Part shown: positions 17,348 to 27,000 of the stretch, in pieces | Layout of the letters: every line of letters begins with the position of its first letter | How positions within the stretch are numbered: position 1 is the stretch's first letter | IMG/VR virus record: IMGVR_UViG_3300017774_007358 | Location: 1-48,716 of that record | DNA from: a virus | Lineage: Duplodnaviria; Caudoviricetes | DNA: 48,716 nt | Strand: one strand, 5' to 3' | Program-made: the position numbers and the translations under genes | The notes under the pieces: model-generated | Told to the model about the DNA's origin: nothing | Database searches by the model: none | Seen by the model: the letters and a program-made list of their open reading frames with translations, nothing else

Positions 17348-18181
17348 TTAAATATCGAAAATATCTAAATCCATTCTATTGTTATCTAAATAAACTTTTA
17401 AAGGTTCTCTTAAATCTTTACATTTATAAAGTTTTGCTGGACTATCGGGTCCAATATGGCAAAGAAATCCATCTTGAGTTTCTATCCCTAATTCCTCATA
17501 CAGCATTAATCTATACATGCTTATTTGGATAGAATATTCATTTAAGTGATTTTGATAAAGTCCATTGAAAGGTCTAAGTAATTTATTATATTTTCCTTTT
17601 GGATGATCGTCATGAGTAAACATGCCATTTGTTTTCCAATCCCCTATTAATATAAATGGGTTAGGAAATTCGGGATCAAAATAAAGAAAAGGCTGATCTA
17701 TTGTACCTGCTAATCTCCACTTTTTACAAAATATCCTCAATTCAGATTCTAAAGGTAAAAGATATTTAAGTTTATTTTCATAGATATGAATAAATTTATG
17801 AATTCTAGCTTTATAAATAGGATCTTCTTCTTCGTTTAATTCTGGGTCTAATCCGCTTAAAAAATCTTCTATAAATTTATGAACCCTAGTTCCTAAATTC
17901 ATAGAGGTTTCGGATTTTTCTTTCCATTCATTGGAAATAACCGAAGGATCTACACCTCTTTCTTTTGCTTTATATTTAAGCCAATATTCGCTATCGAAAG
18001 GTTTTTTGAATACTTTTAATAAGGTGGTAACCGAATCAAATTTTTTCCCTAAATAAGTATAAACGTGAGCTTCTTCTTCGAACTTAAAATTATCGCTTTT
18101 AAAAAAAGATAGTTTAGAATCTAGATCTTTTTTATATTCTAGAAGTCTAGCATCATATTCTTGATTTCTTGTAAATATCAT
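17348..18181 (-). CDS. PD-(D/E)XK exonuclease
   Basis: SVTTLL, GTRVH, ESE, AGTID, GDWKT, YSIQISMY. Confidence 0.85.
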   Translation of the reverse strand: MIFTRNQEYDARLLEYKKDLDSKLSFFKSDNFKFEEEAHVYTYLGKKFDSVTTLLKVFKKPFDSEYWLKYKAKERGVDPSVISNEWKEKSETSMNLGTRVHKFIEDFLSGLDPELNEEEDPIYKARIHKFIHIYENKLKYLLPLESELRIFCKKWRLAGTIDQPFLYFDPEFPNPFILIGDWKTNGMFTHDDHPKGKYNKLLRPFNGLYQNHLNEYSIQISMYRLMLYEELGIETQDGFLCHIGPDSPAKLYKCKDLREPLKVYLDNNRMDLDIFDI

Positions 18182-18615
18182 TAAAATAAATTAATAAAAG
18201 AAGACCAATAAACGGTCAAAAGAATAATAGCGGTAATTTGAAGAAGGAAAAATAAAATCCAAACCCAGCTTAGTTGTCTAAATAAAAATTGATAAACTAT
18301 TAGCCAGGAATTATTTTGGGTTTCTTCTATAGGCTCAATTGACATGGTTAAAAGCTCTTCTAGATTAAGATATTTTAGGTATTCATTTATTGGCTTAAGC
18401 TCGGATATAACAAAAGAAGGTTTTGATTCTTCTGGAAAATCAGAGGACATAGTAACCTGGGGAGGTAAATTTATAACAGTATAAATTCTATAAACCCAAT
18501 CTCTCCTAAGTTTTGCTTTAGCCCATTTAGGAGAATCCATCTCTTCCTTTCGAATAACCTTTCGATATTCTCGATAGAGCCTAATTTCTTTTATTACTTT
18601 TAATAATCTGAACAT
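18181..18615 (-). CDS. Hypothetical protein with C-terminal transmembrane helix
   Basis: Hydrophobic C-terminus WVWILFFLLQITAIILLTVYW. Confidence 0.65.
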   Translation of the reverse strand: MFRLLKVIKEIRLYREYRKVIRKEEMDSPKWAKAKLRRDWVYRIYTVINLPPQVTMSSDFPEESKPSFVISELKPINEYLKYLNLEELLTMSIEPIEETQNNSWLIVYQFLFRQLSWVWILFFLLQITAIILLTVYWSSFINLF

Positions 18616-18617
18616 AA

Positions 18618-19244
18618 TTATTTTACCTTTTTCTTAATGGTTTGTTTCGGGTCCATTTTTTTTCTAATCCTAGCCCTAGCCCTTCTTATTCGGGTAGCGA
18701 TGGATCTTTTCTTTATCCCATATTTTTCTGCAATATCTTTATATTTCATACCGTTTATTTCTCTATCCACCATTATCTCCCTATATATTTCAGGTAATTC
18801 TCTTATCTCTTCTAGAACGGATTCATAAACACTGTCTATAGTGCTATCTTCAAAAAGGAAAGAATAAGTAGGATCTTCCTCCATAAGGTATTGTCCACCT
18901 AAATCTCCTAATGTGGATTTGCTAGAAAAATATTCCATTTCTTCATCGCTATGGGAAAAGAATCTTTTTCCTGTTTTTAGAATTAGCAGGGATTCGTTTC
19001 TAGCAATATTATAAGTCCATGTCGAAAAATTTGCTCGGTCTTTATCGTATTGGTGTATCTTCAGCCATATCTTTGTCATGGTATTAGAAAAAGCATCTTC
19101 AGCAAGTTCTTGACTCTTAAGTATTAAATAACAATGATTAGTTATCCCTGGCTTTAGCCTTTCGTATAAGTTTTTAAAACATTTAGAACTTTTAGATTCG
19201 ATAAAAGATTCAGCTAAGAATTGAATGTTGTTTTGTCTCTGCAT
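18618..19244 (-). CDS. ECF-type sigma-70 factor
   Basis: Region 2 AEDAF...KIW..IHQYD...NFSTWTYNIARN; region 4 LPEIYREI...NGMKYKDIAE...IATRIRRAR. Confidence 0.9.
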   Translation of the reverse strand: MQRQNNIQFLAESFIESKSSKCFKNLYERLKPGITNHCYLILKSQELAEDAFSNTMTKIWLKIHQYDKDRANFSTWTYNIARNESLLILKTGKRFFSHSDEEMEYFSSKSTLGDLGGQYLMEEDPTYSFLFEDSTIDSVYESVLEEIRELPEIYREIMVDREINGMKYKDIAEKYGIKKRSIATRIRRARARIRKKMDPKQTIKKKVK

Positions 19245-19293
19245 AGTAAAATTTACTTTTTATTATTTACGTGATTTAAAAAAATTATTGGAT

Positions 19294-19857
19294 TTAAGAT
19301 AAGTATTTATTACCTATTCTGGTTATTTCTATTCCTCCCTCGGATAGAAAAATTAGGGGATCAGTATTTCTATAAACTTCACAGAAAACTATTCTTTTTA
19401 TCCCCGATTGTATTATTAACTTAGCGCATTCAAAACAAGGGGATAAGGTAACATACATGGTAGATCCTATAGAACTCTGTGTACTTTTAGCCAGTTTTGT
19501 TATTGAATTTGCTTCTGCATGTAAAACATAGGGGAGAGTAACCATTTCTTCGCTTTCACATACATTAGGAAAACCAGAAGGAGATCCATTATACCCATCA
19601 GATATTATAGATTTATCTTTAACTACAAGACAACCTACTTTCATTCTTTTACAATGGGAGGAAGATCCCCAGGTATTAGCCATTTTTAAATATATGAGAT
19701 CTGATTTGGTCTCTTTAGATTCTTTATCTATATTAAATTCTATAGAATCTTTTTTTATGGAATAATATTCTAAAAAGATTAAATCGAGGTTATTTTTTAA
19801 ATGATCTGAAATAGATTCTTCTCTTGTCTTTTTTACATAGTTTTTATTCATACACAA
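19294..19857 (-). CDS. dCMP deaminase
   Basis: KVGC, GYNG, HAEAN and PCFEC zinc motifs. Confidence 0.9.
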   Translation of the reverse strand: MCMNKNYVKKTREESISDHLKNNLDLIFLEYYSIKKDSIEFNIDKESKETKSDLIYLKMANTWGSSSHCKRMKVGCLVVKDKSIISDGYNGSPSGFPNVCESEEMVTLPYVLHAEANSITKLAKSTQSSIGSTMYVTLSPCFECAKLIIQSGIKRIVFCEVYRNTDPLIFLSEGGIEITRIGNKYLS

Positions 19858-19904
19858 TAAATATATGTATTTTTTCGTAGTAAAAAAATAAAATTATTAG
19901 AAAA

Positions 19905-21467
19905 TTAGAATCTTCTAGAATCCGGTCTAAAAGGAGAATCCATAGTTTCTATAGAGAGCGGACCTTCTAAAAGAGATACCATTCTACCCAATAAAGATTT
20001 TATATCTCCCATATCAGTAGACCCCGTCTCAGAATAACCTTTTTCAGTAGTCCCTGTTTTAGGGGATTCTGTTTTAGGAGATTCTTTTTCTTCTTTAACG
20101 GTTTGAGATTCGGTTTGTGCTATTTCTTTTTTCTCTTCTGGTTTTTTCTCTTCTGGTTTTTTCTCTTCCTCTTTCTTAGGCTCGGTTTTAACTTTTTTAA
20201 GCTCAGGGGATTCGGTAGTAATAGAAGCTTTTTCTTCTTCTTTTTTCCCCTTTTTAAACCCTTTTAATTTATCCATTGCCTTACCCCTTGATTCCTTATT
20301 AGAAAACAGAGAAGTAGCAGCTCCCACGCCTTTACCCATTAATTGGGTTTTATCCCCAAAGAGAGAAGCTGGGTTTTTTAAAGAGGCTTTTCCGGTAAGT
20401 AAATCTTTACCCTTAGTAAATAAAAGATTTTTTCCTTTTTCTAAAGCTCCTTTTTCTTTAAGAAATCCTTTGCCTTTTTCCATTAGCGTAGGTTCTTTAT
20501 TTTCTATCTTAGGTTTTTCTTCCCCGTCCTGAGCTTTAGGTTTTGGATTCAATAAATCTTCGGCTTTTTTATTTTCGTCCTTACTTTTTCTTTTTTCCTC
20601 TCTTTCTTTTTTCCTTTTATCCCTCTTGCTAATTTCTTCTGGGATTTCTTTGATTTCTGCTGTTTTATTTACTGGCTTTGAAAGATTAGTTTCGTCTTCT
20701 TTAATAGCTCCTTCCCCCTTTCCCTCCAATAAACTATCTATAGCTGGGGGATAAAGATATCTCATCGTATTTACCCAAAAATCGATATCATCTACTAAAT
20801 ATTCGGGATATTCTTTATAGTGATCCGGATATAACTCTAACTGATATCTCTTATACTTTGCTATCTGCTCAGAGGTTGGACCCCTCTGAAGAGTAAGTGC
20901 TTGATCTGCAGTTTTTGCTGGGATAGATTCTTTCTTTAATAGCTCAGATGATTTGGTATTAGAAATAACTTCGGATCCTTTATCTAATTTAACTACTTCG
21001 GGTCCTTTTTCTCCTACCAATGCTACACCGGTTTTATCCATAACCCCTCCGGATTCAAATTTAGGAATTTTTCCTAACAATTCTCCAAGCCCTTTAGGTA
21101 TTTTTATATTAGATTTTACACCTTCAAGAGCTTTATCTTTTAAAGGAGATGTAGCACCCAATGGGGATTCAGGTCCTTTGCCTTTAACCTCTACCACCGC
21201 ATCATTTAGTATACCCTTGGATTCGATATTCGATTTAGTTATTTCGCCTACCCCTTTCTTAAATATATCTTCTAAAGATTTTAAGAATTTTTTATTCTGT
21301 TCCTCTACCGATTCTTTTTTATTCGGATCATCTTTTATCCCTTCTTTTGGGGGATTTGAATTTTCTGCAGAAATCACATTTTTATTTTCTTTCACCTCGG
21401 AGGTAAGAGACTTTATATTTCTACTTAGATCGGATAATTGATCTATAAGTTTTTTATTTAGATCCAT
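19905..21467 (-). CDS. Tail/baseplate hub or tape-measure-related low-complexity protein
   Basis: FESGGV...ALVGEKGPEVV motif typical of tape-measure-type proteins; lies after the gp26/gp51-like pair; K/E-rich. Confidence 0.5.
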   Translation of the reverse strand: MDLNKKLIDQLSDLSRNIKSLTSEVKENKNVISAENSNPPKEGIKDDPNKKESVEEQNKKFLKSLEDIFKKGVGEITKSNIESKGILNDAVVEVKGKGPESPLGATSPLKDKALEGVKSNIKIPKGLGELLGKIPKFESGGVMDKTGVALVGEKGPEVVKLDKGSEVISNTKSSELLKKESIPAKTADQALTLQRGPTSEQIAKYKRYQLELYPDHYKEYPEYLVDDIDFWVNTMRYLYPPAIDSLLEGKGEGAIKEDETNLSKPVNKTAEIKEIPEEISKRDKRKKEREEKRKSKDENKKAEDLLNPKPKAQDGEEKPKIENKEPTLMEKGKGFLKEKGALEKGKNLLFTKGKDLLTGKASLKNPASLFGDKTQLMGKGVGAATSLFSNKESRGKAMDKLKGFKKGKKEEEKASITTESPELKKVKTEPKKEEEKKPEEKKPEEKKEIAQTESQTVKEEKESPKTESPKTGTTEKGYSETGSTDMGDIKSLLGRMVSLLEGPLSIETMDSPFRPDSRRF

Positions 21468-21471
21468 ACTC

Positions 21472-21479
21472 TATATATC
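21472..21479 (-). promoter_or_regulatory. Putative late promoter GATATATA
   Basis: 4 nt upstream of the ATG at 21467. Confidence 0.55.
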
Positions 21480-21494
21480 GGGAAATAAAAATAT

Positions 21495-21755
21495 CTATTT
21501 CTTAAGATTAAATACTTGCTTAAATCCTTTTACTTCCATATCCTCTTGAGATTCTATCTCAATAGATTTATTTATTTTCTCTATCCATAATTGATATTCA
21601 TAGAAAGGAAGGGATTCTAAAAAAACAGGATCTATTCCATGTTCTTTCCAGAGCCTAAATTTTATATCAAAGTAATTCTCTAAAGATATCTGAAATAAGG
21701 AAAAGAGATCTGATCCCGCCGGGAAAGGTAATATCTGCGGTGACCTCCCCCTCAC
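21495..21755 (-). CDS. gp51-like baseplate/tail assembly chaperone segment, probably expressed by frameshift from the upstream gene
   Basis: SLENYF...HG.....LESLPFYEYQLW resembles gp51-type proteins; overlaps the upstream gene and has only a weak GTG start. Confidence 0.55.
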   Translation of the reverse strand: MRGRSPQILPFPAGSDLFSLFQISLENYFDIKFRLWKEHGIDPVFLESLPFYEYQLWIEKINKSIEIESQEDMEVKGFKQVFNLKK

Positions 21756-22761
21756 CGCATGCTTGACATTTTTGTTTTGCTTCTGTTTTAGTTCCTATTT
21801 TTATTTTTTCTGATATCTGATAAAGTAAACTAAATTCTTTTTTAGTCCATTCATTAGATGTTTTTCTCATTAAAAATAATACCCCTTCAAAATCCAATCC
21901 TCTCCATTCGGGTATAATAAATGGTGCTATTTCTAAAAATCCATCTTCTATTTCTATATTTCTTTTAAAACATACCGTAGCAAAATCAGAAAGAGTTTGT
22001 GTAACTCCTATGCTGGGGACAAATATTTCAAAAGATTTTTCTTCTGCCTTTAAAGTAAAAATAAAAGACCTTGTTTCAGTGTTGTACCTTTTTAATATTT
22101 CTTCCTCTAATTCATAAGAGGAAAGATTTCCCGATCTTAATTCAAATCCTTCTACTGCTTTACAGTCTTTGGTTTTTTCACATTTTCTATTAGGTGTAAG
22201 CATTAAAGAATTTTCTCCTCTTAGAAAAGTAAGATCCCTGATTGCCATTATTATATAGAATCTATCTTCTTGCTTAAGATCTTTATAGCTGACAACCCCT
22301 TGTCCTGGAAAATCTATTCTTAAACATCTTTCTAGAATAAAAGAAAGTTTTCTTTCTATATCTACTGAATCATCTTCATCTATAGTAGAAAAATGTCTTA
22401 TCTCTTTAACATCCGAAGGTCTTATTGCCATTCTTGTACCTTCCGGGTAGAATAATCCCTTTGATGGTAAAAGATGAATAGGTAAATTTTTCCAGTTAAC
22501 TTCGAAAACAGCATCTTTTTTAACTTCCGGTACCGGTATTTTATTTTCTTCTCTTTGGGGAATAGAAATCTGTCGTGGTTCTATTTCTTTTTTTAGTTCT
22601 TCTACCTTAGGGGATTCTTTTATTTCCTCTTTTAGTTCCAAAACCTCCTCCGTAGGGGTTTGTTTTGTCCGTGGGGGTAAGATAGGATCATATTCTAATC
22701 CTCCCATTAACTCCTTAGATCTTAGTAATTCTTCCGGTGATATACCTAATAGATTATTCAT
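21667..22761 (-). CDS. gp26-like baseplate hub / tail assembly chaperone
   Basis: LPSKG.FY....IRP..VKE, DRFYIIMAIR, C-terminal CQACG; follows the tail-tube genes. Confidence 0.65.
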   Translation of the reverse strand: MNNLLGISPEELLRSKELMGGLEYDPILPPRTKQTPTEEVLELKEEIKESPKVEELKKEIEPRQISIPQREENKIPVPEVKKDAVFEVNWKNLPIHLLPSKGLFYPEGTRMAIRPSDVKEIRHFSTIDEDDSVDIERKLSFILERCLRIDFPGQGVVSYKDLKQEDRFYIIMAIRDLTFLRGENSLMLTPNRKCEKTKDCKAVEGFELRSGNLSSYELEEEILKRYNTETRSFIFTLKAEEKSFEIFVPSIGVTQTLSDFATVCFKRNIEIEDGFLEIAPFIIPEWRGLDFEGVLFLMRKTSNEWTKKEFSLLYQISEKIKIGTKTEAKQKCQACGEGEVTADITFPGGIRSLFLISDIFRELL

Positions 22762-22796
22762 AGTTTATGTTTATTTATATTATATAACAAAACACC

Positions 22797-22826
22797 AAAA
22801 AAGAGACAAATTTATGTCTCTTTTTT
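22797..22826. terminator. Bidirectional-type intrinsic terminator after the tail-tube genes
   Basis: A6-GAGACA-AATTTA-TGTCTC-T6. Confidence 0.75.
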
Positions 22827-22843
22827 TAAAATATTTTTCTATA

Positions 22844-23422
22844 TTATAAAAACGTATCTTCCCAGTAATCGCATATCCAAGAAAGAGATATACTATAGTT
22901 AGTTGCTTGCTCGTAATCTAAGTCCATTGCAGGAATAGCTTCTGAAAGAAAACACGAACCAACGGATACTCTTCTAAAGACATCTCCCCTCTTATTGAAT
23001 ATAGAGATAACCATAGATCCCACATAATCTTTTTTAATGCCCATAGCTCCCGTAAGGGGATTATAGATTAAATCTGACCATTGTCTTAGGATTTTATAGA
23101 CCTCCATAGAATTAGTTTCCGGGTTCAGGTTAACTTCAAATTCCATAGTTACCGTCATGTCTGTAGTAGATGGTTCTCCCCCTGCATATCTTCTAGTAGC
23201 AAATTTATAGTTTTGATCTATGGTTGCAGAAGGAGCAATATCAACGGCTAATCCCGAAAGACTCTTTATCCCTTGAGCTAAAATTCCTTCTCCTTTAAAT
23301 CTCTGAGCCGCAAGAGGAATACCTGCAGGCGGATTTATAATAACCTCAAATTGATTGAGGTAAACAGGTTCGTAGTAATTCCTAGAAGCTGTTGAGTTAC
23401 TAAAATGTGGGAGTCCAGCCAT
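22844..23422 (-). CDS. gp19: Tail tube protein (gp19-like), paralog 2
   Basis: EPVYLNQFEV, LRQWSDLIYNP.TG, KKDY, LDY, DYW; downstream of the sheath gene. Confidence 0.8.
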   Translation of the reverse strand: MAGLPHFSNSTASRNYYEPVYLNQFEVIINPPAGIPLAAQRFKGEGILAQGIKSLSGLAVDIAPSATIDQNYKFATRRYAGGEPSTTDMTVTMEFEVNLNPETNSMEVYKILRQWSDLIYNPLTGAMGIKKDYVGSMVISIFNKRGDVFRRVSVGSCFLSEAIPAMDLDYEQATNYSISLSWICDYWEDTFL

Positions 23423-23435
23423 ATTAATTTAAAAA

Positions 23436-23990
23436 TTATAAAAATAAATCTTCGTAATAATCAACGGCAAATTCCATATCGTTAATTGTATATATTGTCT
23501 CGTCTGTATAGTTCAATCCCATTTCAGGAAGAGCTTTTAAAGGGAAAACATCTCTACAATTAATTCTTCGGTAAACATCACCTTGCTTATTAAAAATAGA
23601 AATTAAAATATTTCCTGTGTAATCTTTTTTAAGACCCATAGCTCCCGTAAGAGGATTGTAAATCAAATCTGACCATTGTCTTAGGGTTTTAAAAACATAC
23701 ATAGAGTTAGCATCATTTAAATTCACAGTAAATGAAATACTAACATTCATTGTGGTTTCAGAAGGTTTACCGCCCGCATAATTTCTTTTTGCAAATTTAT
23801 ATTTTTGAGTAGCTAATCCCGGGCTTTTATCTACGGATAAACCACTAACTTTAGTTACATGCTCTATCAATATACTTCCCCCTCCTACACCATTGGGGCA
23901 AGTTATTTGTGCCTCAAACTGATTAAGGTAAACAGGCTCATACTTATTTAAAGAAGCCTGAGAATTTGAGAAATGTGGTAATCCTGCCAT
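23436..23990 (-). CDS. gp19: Tail tube protein (gp19-like), paralog 1
   Basis: Same motifs; directly downstream of the sheath gene. Confidence 0.8.
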   Translation of the reverse strand: MAGLPHFSNSQASLNKYEPVYLNQFEAQITCPNGVGGGSILIEHVTKVSGLSVDKSPGLATQKYKFAKRNYAGGKPSETTMNVSISFTVNLNDANSMYVFKTLRQWSDLIYNPLTGAMGLKKDYTGNILISIFNKQGDVYRRINCRDVFPLKALPEMGLNYTDETIYTINDMEFAVDYYEDLFL

Positions 23991-24004
23991 AATGTTTTTT
24001 AGTA

Positions 24005-24012
24005 TATTTATC
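24005..24012 (-). promoter_or_regulatory. Putative late promoter variant GATAAATA
   Basis: One mismatch to GATATATA and one to the T4 late promoter TATAAATA; upstream of the tube genes. Confidence 0.5.
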
Positions 24013-24044
24013 TAATTTCTAAAAAATCTAAAAAATTAATCCAA

Positions 24045-27000
24045 TTAAACAAATTGGGCAAATCCTCCAGATGCAATACCTCCAGTTCTGGTAACAGTAA
24101 TTCTATTAATAAATTTCTGTATACCTCTTGCTGGCTCTATGATAACATCTATAACCCCCATGTTCATATCTATGATAGCTGGTGTGTTATTAGAAGTATC
24201 CATAATAGTTTGGTAAGCATAAATTCCTCCCCCTGATTGAACTCCGTCTAAATAATTATCTACTAATGTCTTAATTTCAAGTCTAATAGAATCTTCGTTA
24301 AAATCAAATAAGTAATTAGAAAGAATAGATTGAACATCGCTTTCTACAGAAATTAATAGATCCCTTACGTGTAAAAGATTAAATGCTGAATTTACTGTTT
24401 GGTAAGCTGTTTGGTTACCAAATATTACAACGCCTACTCCTGTCCTTTTTATTATAGGATTTATACCGAATGGTTCTAGATTTCCTCTATCCTCGTCGGT
24501 AAAGTCATATTCTACACCTACTATGGTACCTCCGGAAAGAACCCCTCTTTTTTGTCCTGCAACTATAGAGTAAGGTTCTCCTGCTGCAAATTTTCTAACA
24601 TAGTTATTAGAAACAAATGCTGCTGGTGGAACATTTATATTTCTATTAGATTCTCTAATTGTAATATAAGGGGAAAAGAATCCGCAAAATTTAGAACCAT
24701 CGTCTTCACTAGGTAAACTAAATGTGTAAGACGGATTAAGAGCTAAATTACCTCCTTCTGCAATGTATCTAGTTTGTAAGGCTGGAAAAGGATTAACTGC
24801 AGTAGGTGCATCGGTAAATCTAGGGTCTGTACTATTTCTAAATTGAGTAATCGAAGGAGCATTAATTAATGCCATTGCTTGCTGTCTGTTTTTAGCAAGT
24901 AAGCTTAATTGACGTTTAGAATTAGGTAGAATCTGTCCAGAGAAAGTATCTACAACGTATCTAAAACTAATTATATCTTTAGCTGCTAACGTCTTAGCTA
25001 TATTTGTATCGAACATAACATCTAGGATCTCAGAAACTCTAGCATCTGTTCCGTTAGGCCTGTGAGATTCTTTCATTGCAAACCCTGAAAGATATGTAAA
25101 ATCAAAAGATGTAGTAAATTCAGGAATAGATTTAAATTTCTGAACTCTTTCACTTGTTAGCCCAGAATAGTAAAGAACTGGTCTTGCGCATACTACTCTA
25201 TAAACTCCAGAAGCTGTGGTCGAAGCTACCGTAGTAATTTTAGCAAGTCTTTGCTGCTGATTTCCTGTAGGAGGTACACATATATCTAAATCTGTAGATA
25301 CTATTAAATCGCCTACAGAGAAAGGTACATTTCCGTTAGCGTCTTCTACGACATTAAATGTAGTGGGATTTATCTGGGTTGCATCTACAAATTCAGATAT
25401 TCCTCCTGCTTGAGAAATTATATTAATTTTTTGATCAGATACAGGTAATCCTGAATTATCTGAAGCATAAGAAGGGGTTAAACCTCCTCCAAAAGTAGCT
25501 ATATTAGTTATTGTAGTATCATTTCTAGAAACATTGGTAAATGCTCTAGTGTAAACTAAATTGAATTGATCTCTGTCTACCGTTTGTTGGAAACCCATAT
25601 ACTGTAGGGATGTTCCATCATCATTTAGCCATATTAAATCTCCATCTACAATTTCATTGTATTTATTATCTACGTAAAGCTCCGAAGCATTATACCCTAA
25701 TAGAACATTAGAAACCCCAAGAGGTGCATTAGGTCCAGTCACTCCATTAGGGGTAGAAACACTTTCTATATCTAGATAATCTGAATTACCAAATTGATAA
25801 GCAGATGTGTAGAAAGGTCTATTACTTCCAGAAGCTCCTGTATTATAAGGGGCTAAATTATATGTTGGACTTACCACTATACCTTGGGCTCTATATGAAG
25901 CTATATCTAAAGGATGGCTAAATAATATTCTCAATTCGCTTCCTACTTCGGTAGTTCCCGTAACTTTAAGTTTAACTAAATCTCCTTCTTGATATTGATT
26001 AATTAATGCTCCGGTTAGGCCTGCGATTCCTTGTACTACTCCTAATATGAATTTCTGATCGCTTGAACTTGTTACCGTTAAAAATTCTTTTAACAAGGTT
26101 TTTTGGGCAGCTGTGGATATACCTCCGGTTGCTCCTGTAGTTCCTGATGTTTGAAGATAATGTAATCCTCCCTCGAATAAAGTAGAATTATAAGCAGCAA
26201 AAGACTGATTAATAATACCTGCAGTTGCACCGGTAACTCCTGGGTTTAAAGTAAATAATGTACCAACTTTAGCTCCTGTAGTAAAAACTGTTGCCCCTGT
26301 TGCTGGGGTAAAGAAAGGACCTGCTCCGGTAACTCCTATTACATTTTGTGTGTAAAGGTAATCTGCTACTAGGACTTGATCATAACTTAGAAATTTAATT
26401 CTAGGGGTTGCAAGATCTCTATCTCCTGAAAGTTCATCTATTAAATGATTACCTACTAAATCTATTTTATATGGGCTGTTACAAATATCATCAAATGCTT
26501 GTTCGTCAATAGCGCAGAATAAACCTGTAGAAGGAGTATTTTGATTTACTAAAGTTTGTATGTATTGATTATTTCCGTTTAAATCTACGAAATCAGGTAT
26601 GATACATCCAGTAACCGAAGTTACTATATTTACATCTTGATTAGATAAGAAATTATCTATTTGGCTTTTTATGAATCCATTATTGGTAAAGTAAGAACTC
26701 CATTTAGGGTCTACTGATAAAGCTTGATAATTAGTCCAATCCCCTGATACTGCAATTACATCAATAAAATAATCTGAAATATAATCATAAGGATGCATAA
26801 AGGAAGGAACATTATTTATTCCATACCAATCTGCTGCAAAAATATTAAACCCTAATAAAGGAAATACTGAATCCGTAGATTTTCTAGTAATTATACTTAC
26901 CGGACTTTTTCCTAAATTAGTTAAATTAAATAATTTACCTTGATCCGCCACACTTAATGTAGCTAAGAAATATTCAGGATCCGGGAAAAAGAATCTTTCT

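Noticed and set aside
17348-18181. Cas4 / CRISPR-associated interpretation of the PD-(D/E)XK nuclease
   Set aside because: Lacks the Cas4 four-cysteine Fe-S pattern; no array or other cas genes in the window
20125-20170. 15-bp tandem repeats as a CRISPR-like or regulatory array
   Set aside because: Simple in-frame coding repeat (KPEEK) without spacers
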